DNA of 64,000 nt from an uncultured Prevotellaceae bacterium (GTDB lineage Bacteria > Bacteroidota > Bacteroidia > Bacteroidales > Bacteroidaceae). Below the pieces are notes generated by a model, which made no database searches, was not told the origin of the DNA, and worked only from the letters and a program-made list of their open reading frames with translations. Location: NCBI GenBank assembly GCA_900318585.1, contig ONKY01000033.1:1801-65800 (forward strand). Direction: 5' to 3'. Position numbers and translations under genes: made by a program. This document shows, in pieces, positions 57,387-64,000 of this stretch; position 1 is the stretch's first letter, and every line of letters begins with the position of its first letter.

Positions 57387-57452
57387 AAACACATACCAAG
57401 ATATTGATAACAAGAAATTATTAAAGAAAGAAAAATGAATAATACTATAAGG

Positions 57453-58442
57453 ATGAAGAAACTAGTATTCACATTAACGCTCTTCCTTGCCGCACTTACC
57501 GGACGTGCACAGGAGAATGTAACTTTCCGCATTACTGACGGTATCGCAAATGACGGTCTGAAGACCAGGATAGAACGCAACGTGTCGTCATTGCTTTCCG
57601 AAATCAATCGTGCGTGCAGCGCCAAGCGTGACCTGCAGCTTATCGGCTTTGGCATCACGGAGAATGCTTCCCACTCGCTGAGCCTGCTTTGGAACAACTT
57701 GCATTTCTCCTGCGAAGACCAGCAAATCTATGAGCGTTGCTACACCACCGTCAACGGCTATCAATTCCGTAACATTCCCATTCATATCGAGCCTGTCATC
57801 GAAGGTTATGACGGAGAACTGGAGCGTGAACTGACCATCAGTATCAGCAAGGAAGGAGATATTACTGGCGCCCGTATGGCTATGGCCAGCCACGTCTACA
57901 CCAATATCATCAAGCAGGGCGATGCCGTAGACATGGCTCGGCGTGAAGAGATCCTGAAATTTGTGGAAGACTTCCGCAGCCACTACGACGAGAAGGACAT
58001 ACAGGCCCTGAACCAGGTGTTCAGCGACGAGGCTCTCATCATCACGGGCTCCGTCATCATGAAACGTGACTACAGCGGCGACCAGCCCCAGATGCGCCCA
58101 GAGATTGTCTACCGCACCCAGAACAAGCAGGAGTATCTCTCGCGACTGGCCAAGACGTTTAGGAACAACAAATATATCAAGGTTACATTCGACGACCCAG
58201 AAGTAGTACGTTCGAAGAAAAACCCGAATTTCTTCGGTGTCACCCTTCACCAGCACTGGAAGTCGGACAACTACGAGGATGACGGCTATGTATTCCTCCT
58301 GTGGGAGTTCCACGAGAATGGCGAACCACCCATCATCCACGTCCGTACCTGGCAGCCCGACCGTATGGGCGGTGCTCCCACGCCCAAGGATAAGATTATC
58401 AATATCCTTGACTTCGAGATACCTGCCAAGAAGCGCAGCTAA
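57453..58442 (+). CDS. Exported protein with NTF2-like C-terminal domain
   Basis: Signal peptide; YDEKDIQALNQVFSDEALII, QHWKSDNYEDDGYVFLLW, IHVRTWQP. Confidence 0.65.
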   Translation: MKKLVFTLTLFLAALTGRAQENVTFRITDGIANDGLKTRIERNVSSLLSEINRACSAKRDLQLIGFGITENASHSLSLLWNNLHFSCEDQQIYERCYTTVNGYQFRNIPIHIEPVIEGYDGELERELTISISKEGDITGARMAMASHVYTNIIKQGDAVDMARREEILKFVEDFRSHYDEKDIQALNQVFSDEALIITGSVIMKRDYSGDQPQMRPEIVYRTQNKQEYLSRLAKTFRNNKYIKVTFDDPEVVRSKKNPNFFGVTLHQHWKSDNYEDDGYVFLLWEFHENGEPPIIHVRTWQPDRMGGAPTPKDKIINILDFEIPAKKRS

Positions 58443-58489
58443 AATAGTTAAGACTTACACTGAAAACAAATAATAAAACAATAGTATCT

Positions 58490-59383
58490 ATGGGAAAGAA
58501 TATTAAACTGACAGTACTGATGTGCCTCTTGACGCTCAGCGCTACGGCACAGGAAATCAGCCTCCGTGACCTTCGGCAGGCGCCGCAGTTCATTGCAAGC
58601 AGCGACCAAGTACGCGACTGGGATGACGAGCCGTGTGCCCTGGTTAAGATTCAAGGAGCCAATATCGACAGTATCTCCGGTGCCTTTGAAGTGGTGAAGC
58701 GCTCAGGTGAGACATGGGCCTACATGACGAAAGGCGACAAGAAGCTCACCATCTTCAAGGAAGGCTACCAGCCCCTCCCCGTCCTGTTCGACGACTATGG
58801 CATAGAGGGTTTGCAGAGCAATCGCGTCTATATCATTGCCATCTTTGCCCCGGAGCTGAAGCCCAAGAAGTGGTTCATTGGTATCCATGGCGGAGCCAAC
58901 TTCTCCACGGCGAGCCTGAAGACAGGCTATAGCGATAGTCCTAAAATGGTAACCAACTTCAACGTGGGCGGTACTGCCACTTATAAGTTCTCCGACTTCA
59001 TAGGTGTTACGGCTGGACTGTTCTACTCGGCCAAGGGCTACAAATATGATGACGATAATATTACCGAAGAGAAATGTGACGGTTCATTCCTCGACATCCC
59101 CATCCTGGCCAACCTCTTCTATGACGTTTCCCCGTCGGTGACGCTTCAGGCCATGGCGGGTCCCTACCTCGCCTATTGCATTACCGGAAAGGTCACTTGT
59201 GAGAAACCCTGGCAAGATGATAATTTCAATGATGTCTATTCCAGCTTCGACTATGGCATTCAGGGCGGCATAGGTGCTACCTTCGCCAAGCATTATTCCA
59301 TCAACGCTACCTATCAGTACGGCTTTGGACTCGACAAATACGAGAACCAGACCATCTGTCTGAACTTAGGCTACATCTTCTAA
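58490..59383 (+). CDS. PEGA-like domain + outer-membrane beta-barrel protein
   Basis: LTIFKEGYQP; YSAKGY, FLDIP, GPYLAY, FDYGI; terminal LNLGYIF. Confidence 0.75.
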   Translation: MGKNIKLTVLMCLLTLSATAQEISLRDLRQAPQFIASSDQVRDWDDEPCALVKIQGANIDSISGAFEVVKRSGETWAYMTKGDKKLTIFKEGYQPLPVLFDDYGIEGLQSNRVYIIAIFAPELKPKKWFIGIHGGANFSTASLKTGYSDSPKMVTNFNVGGTATYKFSDFIGVTAGLFYSAKGYKYDDDNITEEKCDGSFLDIPILANLFYDVSPSVTLQAMAGPYLAYCITGKVTCEKPWQDDNFNDVYSSFDYGIQGGIGATFAKHYSINATYQYGFGLDKYENQTICLNLGYIF

Positions 59384-59413
59384 ATTCTGTAACCTTACAA
59401 GAACGATAACACT

Positions 59414-61264
59414 ATGAATATAAGAAATATCATTAACTGGACTTTTGGACTGTGCTTGACTGTCCTCCTGACAGCGTGCCCTTCCGACTCTCCAGACATA
59501 GAACTCAGCGTAGACAAGTCTACCATAGATATTCATCCAGATGGAGGAGAAGTGTCTTTTAATATTACTTCCAATACCCATTGGACTATTAGTATTAATG
59601 GCTCATGGTTTAATTGTTCCAAAACATCAGGAGACCAGAATGAAAGAATCACTATCACTGCCACTGCAAATGACACTGGTAAAGATCGTGAAGCGCTCCT
59701 AACAATCAATGACAAAACGGGTAATGTGTCAAAAACTGTCAAAGTAACCCAAAAAGCTGCGAAAAACAATAATCCTACGACGGAGTCCACGCTCTCTGTA
59801 TCTCCCACAACTTTGGATTTTTCTGCTGACGGCGGAGAGATAACTGTCAATGTAACATCCAACACCAAATGGACTGCACTGGATAGACCAAGCTGGATTA
59901 CCATTAGCAGTACGACTGGCAATGGAGACACCAGCCTGAAACTCACAGCTTCTGCCAACACTTCTACAGACGAACGCAGTGGCAACGTTAAGTTTAGCAC
60001 TGAAGATGGAAAGGTCACTACTACCATTACGGTTCGACAGTCAGGCACATCTGCCTCCCTCTCGCTCTCGAAGGGAGAGCTTAGTTTCTCGTCATCCGCA
60101 TCCAATAACACCACCTTCGACATCACGTCAACCGGTTCCTGGACGGTCACCGACGACGCCTCTTGGCTCTCCTGCTCACCTTCCGAAGGAAAGGGCAACC
60201 AGACCATCACCGTTACGGTAACTGAGAACACTGACCAGCAGGAACGCTCAGCCAAGATTTCCGTCAAGAGTGGAAACATCACCCGCACCATCAATGTACG
60301 CCAGTCGGGTGTTAACGCTTCCCTCTCACTCTCGAAGTCAGAAATCAGCTTCACTGCTGCCGCATCCAACAACACCTTCGACATCACTTCAAACAGCTCT
60401 TGGACGGTCACCGACGACGCCTCTTGGCTGTCCTGTTCACCTACTGAAGGAAAGAACAACCAGACCATCTCCGTTACGGTGTCGGAGAATACCAATAAAG
60501 CAGAGCGTAATGCCACGATTACCGTCAAGTGTGGAAATCTCACCCGTACCATTTCCGTCAAGCAGGCAGCACCCGCCACTCCCGTCAACGACGTGAACAT
60601 TGACAAGGGCGGTTTCGGCAATGACAGTGAGCTACCCAACAACAACGGCGGCAGCACGGAGACCTACTCGTTGAAAGCAAGCACTGCAAGCCTGTCGTTT
60701 ACTGCTGACCCCGCAAGTGGCAAGACCTTCAATATCACAAGTAACGACAGTTGGAGAATCGCTGCAGACTCGTGGATTACCGTCAGCCCCTCCAGTGGCA
60801 GTAATAATGCTACCATTACCGTCAATGTTGCCAACAATCCGAATACAAGCTCGCGTACGGGTACCATTACCATCACAGGTACCCACGCTACGACGTCAGC
60901 CACGGTTACTGTGCAGCAAGCTGGCAAGAGTGTGAACTTCAACGCTACCGTTGCCTCCTCGCTCGACTTCAATTCCGGCGGCGGAACGGGTAGTATCAGC
61001 ATCAGCGGCAACGACTCCTGGACCGTCACCGAGAACGCCTCTTGGCTTAGCTGCTCACCCACTTCCGGCACGGGCAGCGGCACCGTCTATGTGACCGTCA
61101 ATTCCAGAACCGACACAGGCAAACGTACTGCCGACATCGTTGTCAAGGGAACATCCTCTGGCATTACCCGCACCTTCACCGTCACCCAGACCGGTGCTGC
61201 TGTCGACGTGAACATCGACAAGGGAGGTTTTGGCAATGACAAGCAGCTGTCAAGAAAGAAATAA
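59414..61264 (+). CDS. Multi-BACON-domain lipoprotein (6 modules)
   Basis: LLTACPSDSPDIELSV leader; WTVTDDASWLSCSP modules shared with 32063 and 36387. Confidence 0.88.
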   Translation: MNIRNIINWTFGLCLTVLLTACPSDSPDIELSVDKSTIDIHPDGGEVSFNITSNTHWTISINGSWFNCSKTSGDQNERITITATANDTGKDREALLTINDKTGNVSKTVKVTQKAAKNNNPTTESTLSVSPTTLDFSADGGEITVNVTSNTKWTALDRPSWITISSTTGNGDTSLKLTASANTSTDERSGNVKFSTEDGKVTTTITVRQSGTSASLSLSKGELSFSSSASNNTTFDITSTGSWTVTDDASWLSCSPSEGKGNQTITVTVTENTDQQERSAKISVKSGNITRTINVRQSGVNASLSLSKSEISFTAAASNNTFDITSNSSWTVTDDASWLSCSPTEGKNNQTISVTVSENTNKAERNATITVKCGNLTRTISVKQAAPATPVNDVNIDKGGFGNDSELPNNNGGSTETYSLKASTASLSFTADPASGKTFNITSNDSWRIAADSWITVSPSSGSNNATITVNVANNPNTSSRTGTITITGTHATTSATVTVQQAGKSVNFNATVASSLDFNSGGGTGSISISGNDSWTVTENASWLSCSPTSGTGSGTVYVTVNSRTDTGKRTADIVVKGTSSGITRTFTVTQTGAAVDVNIDKGGFGNDKQLSRKK

Positions 61265-61319
61265 GCCCAACAGAGAAGCAATACCATCAATAAGAAACAA
61301 ATAAAAAAACAATCATATT

Positions 61320-62903
61320 ATGACTTACAAGAATTATTTCCACCCAATATGCATGGCCATCCTTTCTACCATGTTCCTCGCCGCCTGCTCCAGCAATGAC
61401 GACAGCCTTGATCAGGCAGCCAATCCTCAGGAGGAAGTATGCATCCTTCACTGGGACGCTCCCGCACCGAGCTTCGAGTCTGACAACCAGACACGCGCCA
61501 CCACAGACTGGGTCAACGGCAGCAAGATCTACATACGCCTCAAGGCAAATAATTCCACTTACCTGCTCGGCGCCACCTATACCAGTGGCTACTGGATTGT
61601 TGACGGCAACGTCAGTGCAGTACCCACCACCGCAACTTCTGCCACAGCAGAAATCTACTATTTCGAGAACCCCGGCAGCGCCACCAGCAGCCGTGTGAAC
61701 CTCAACGAGCAGTCCATCGTCTACTATGGCACAGGCACCTATTCACACCCTGCCGCCGCCGAGTTCTACGTCAACGTCAAAATCAATCCCGTCACCTGGC
61801 GGCTGCGCTTCCTCGGCTCGTCCAGTGCCAATTCCATCTCCTTGGACGGCAGCAACACCGACATTGAGTATTACACCTCCTACGACATCAATGCCGGCAC
61901 ACTCACCAAGGCACAGCGCGACGTGGCACTCACCACTGGCAGCAACAACTACACACCCTACATCTACGGCGTTTTCAAGAACTCCGGCAACAACACTCTG
62001 CGCTACACCACCAGCAACGGCTACTTCTACCGTACCATCAAGTCTTCCGACCTTCAGGTGGCTGGCAGCGGCTACTGCCAGATTCCTACCGCCAGCAACT
62101 ACGCCTCGGCAGGATGGCAGTATGTAGCCAACAGTAGCAGCTCAAATGCAAAGGTAGAACCTGATTTCTTAGTGACATTTACTGATGGAATAGTGACCGA
62201 CTTCAAGGCCAGCAATGATGTGGCATACTGGGATTATATGATTTACAACAAGAATACTGATTCTGATACCGAGATTATCAATTCTTTTAAGGAGGGAGAA
62301 AAGATTCCTGCTGAAGAAGCAGAATATGTTTTCAGAATGATAGATAGCGATTTCTTCTTCCCCAATACCACCTATTATCTCTACACCATTGCCTACGACA
62401 AAAATGGCAATCATGGAGAACTACAGAAAATCACTTTCAAGACAAGAGCAACTACCTTACCTTTAGCTTCAATCACAAGTGTTGTGCCAAGTAGCCAAAA
62501 TGGTACGGCAATATGGGATATTAATATGTCTCTGACTAACAGTGCAACTGGTTTTTATCTTTTTGCCAGTGAAGATAATGTTAATTATAATTATGACTCC
62601 CACCTTATCGCATGGCTTAGCTACTATGGAATCATGAAAGATAATCAAGATTATGCCTATGGTCCTATTGAAGGAGAAGGAGAAGGAGAAGGTTCTTTAC
62701 ATCTGAGACGTAGCGGCTCAGTATTATCAATTGTAACCTGGGCCATCAATTCCAGCGGTACTGTCGGTAACTATAGTGCAGGCTACTATCCCGCCAAGTC
62801 AACAGCCAGAGCAAAGGAGGTCAACTATATACTGAACAACAAAATAGGTATCCCCAAGCCCAATCTCTCCAATTACAAAATTCTCAAGATAGATAACAAA
62901 TAA
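61320..62903 (+). CDS. Fimbrillin-like lipoprotein
   Basis: Lipobox LAAC-SSNDD followed by QTRATTDWVNGSKIYI (TRA..W..G..I pattern of type V pilin-like proteins); YYLYTIAYD FN3-like segment. Confidence 0.6.
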   Translation: MTYKNYFHPICMAILSTMFLAACSSNDDSLDQAANPQEEVCILHWDAPAPSFESDNQTRATTDWVNGSKIYIRLKANNSTYLLGATYTSGYWIVDGNVSAVPTTATSATAEIYYFENPGSATSSRVNLNEQSIVYYGTGTYSHPAAAEFYVNVKINPVTWRLRFLGSSSANSISLDGSNTDIEYYTSYDINAGTLTKAQRDVALTTGSNNYTPYIYGVFKNSGNNTLRYTTSNGYFYRTIKSSDLQVAGSGYCQIPTASNYASAGWQYVANSSSSNAKVEPDFLVTFTDGIVTDFKASNDVAYWDYMIYNKNTDSDTEIINSFKEGEKIPAEEAEYVFRMIDSDFFFPNTTYYLYTIAYDKNGNHGELQKITFKTRATTLPLASITSVVPSSQNGTAIWDINMSLTNSATGFYLFASEDNVNYNYDSHLIAWLSYYGIMKDNQDYAYGPIEGEGEGEGSLHLRRSGSVLSIVTWAINSSGTVGNYSAGYYPAKSTARAKEVNYILNNKIGIPKPNLSNYKILKIDNK

Positions 62904-62911
62904 ATGATTCT

Positions 62912-64000
62912 ATGCGCATAAGCTATCTATTGACTGCGCTATTCTCCATGATGCTGTGCATGCCCACTCAGGGCTATGCACAGCATCGGGATGTCAGCCA
63001 GGCAAGAGCCATTGCCCAACAATTCTGGAACGTTCAGGCAGCGCGCTCTGTTAATGGCAGTGCGCATCAGACTGCTACAATGATGCTCCACGAACAGGCC
63101 TCCAGCCCTTCGCACTACCTTTTTACCCGCACAGCCGCAGACGGTACTACCCTTCCTGGCTTTGTCCTGGTATCGGCCGACGAGTGTATGCCTGCCGTTC
63201 TAGGTTTCTCAAGCGACTGTTCTCTTCCCGCTGGACCACTGCCCGATCATGTCGAGTCCTGGCTACGTGTCTACGATGACATGACGGCCCTTTGCCAGTC
63301 CAGCCCACAGTCGAAAGCAGCCTATGAACAGGCCGCCATCTGGCCTGACGGCGGAGAGGAGGTGGCCCCCCTGCTGGGTGAGATGCAGTGGGATCAAGAC
63401 TCCCCCTACAACCAGTTATGTCCGACAGACGATGAGGGAAAACTCGCCGTCACTGGCTGTGTAGCCACCGCCCTGGCCCAAATCATGCGTATGCACCAAT
63501 GGCCCGTACAGGGCACTGGCTATAAAGAATACTACTGCAGCAGCCTGAATAAGAATGTCTCGTTCGACTTCGACAAGGCCCGCTTTGACTGGGCCAACAT
63601 GCAGGACAAGTACGATGAGGATTACAGCCCGGAGTCGGCCACTGCCGTCGCCCAGCTCATGCAAGCCGTTGGCACAGCCGTCAGCATGAACTACGGCGTA
63701 AACAGCAGCGGCGCCATGAGCAGGGACGCCGTCACCGGCCTTAGCAAATATTTAGGCTACGACGCCGACGTCTACCTTGCCACCCCCAAGGACTACACCG
63801 AACGGCAGTGGCACCGTCTGCTGCAGCAGGAACTGTGGCAGGGGCGTCCCGTCTATTATGCCGGCAATGGCCACGCCTACGTCATCGATGGCATCAAAGT
63901 AGGCGAGGACGAGTTGACCTACTACCACGTCAACTGGGGGTGGAGTGGCAACTTCAACGGTTATTTCCTCCTCCACCTGCTGCGTCCCCACGGCACAGGC
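62912..64000 (+). CDS. C10 family cysteine peptidase (SpeB/interpain-like) with prodomain, 3'-partial
   Basis: Not in ORF track because it has no stop in the window. My translation: MRISYLL.., GFVLVSAD..AVLGFS, QWDQDSPYNQLCP, TGCVATALAQIM, GHAYVIDG, YHVNWGWSG. Confidence 0.92.
   Translation, partial: MRISYLLTALFSMMLCMPTQGYAQHRDVSQARAIAQQFWNVQAARSVNGSAHQTATMMLHEQASSPSHYLFTRTAADGTTLPGFVLVSADECMPAVLGFSSDCSLPAGPLPDHVESWLRVYDDMTALCQSSPQSKAAYEQAAIWPDGGEEVAPLLGEMQWDQDSPYNQLCPTDDEGKLAVTGCVATALAQIMRMHQWPVQGTGYKEYYCSSLNKNVSFDFDKARFDWANMQDKYDEDYSPESATAVAQLMQAVGTAVSMNYGVNSSGAMSRDAVTGLSKYLGYDADVYLATPKDYTERQWHRLLQQELWQGRPVYYAGNGHAYVIDGIKVGEDELTYYHVNWGWSGNFNGYFLLHLLRPHGTG

Overview
Chromosomal window from a Bacteroidota organism, most likely Prevotellaceae (TAnnTTTG promoters, T9SS cargo, BACON lipoproteins). 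1-20.4 kb is a minus-strand housekeeping block: asnS 5' end, rluB, purB, tRNA-Val, ACT, paaK, mutL, OstA-like, two parvulin PPIases, a frameshifted four-helix-bundle gene, guaB, recQ, clpX, clpP, tig. 20.6-28.4 kb is a plus-strand run: threonine aldolase, DUF6057-like, TolB-like, flotillin, MATE, cyclophilin. 28.5-41.8 kb is accessory: a VapE/BT4734-like ATPase, a DUF6078-like gene, a collapsed Rpn gene and a duplicated [BACON lipoprotein + T9SS cargo] cassette. After rsmA, a >20 kb co-oriented cluster (43.3 kb to window end) encodes four Hanks-type kinases (three membrane non-RD, one soluble RD-FHA), two more FHA proteins (one with a catalytically dead trypsin-like domain), a membrane PP2C, exported proteins, an OM barrel, BACON and fimbrillin-like lipoproteins and a C10 peptidase. 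This is the best candidate for an undescribed trans-envelope phospho-signalling system. A second theme is non-coding repeats inside proteins: a REP-like hairpin sits in the same reading frame in purB, mutL (twice), the OstA-like gene and the SurA-like gene; two unrelated PPIases share a signal-peptide cassette; and a composite palindromic element occurs twice with its core inverted. All family assignments are from motif recognition by eye; no database searches were run.
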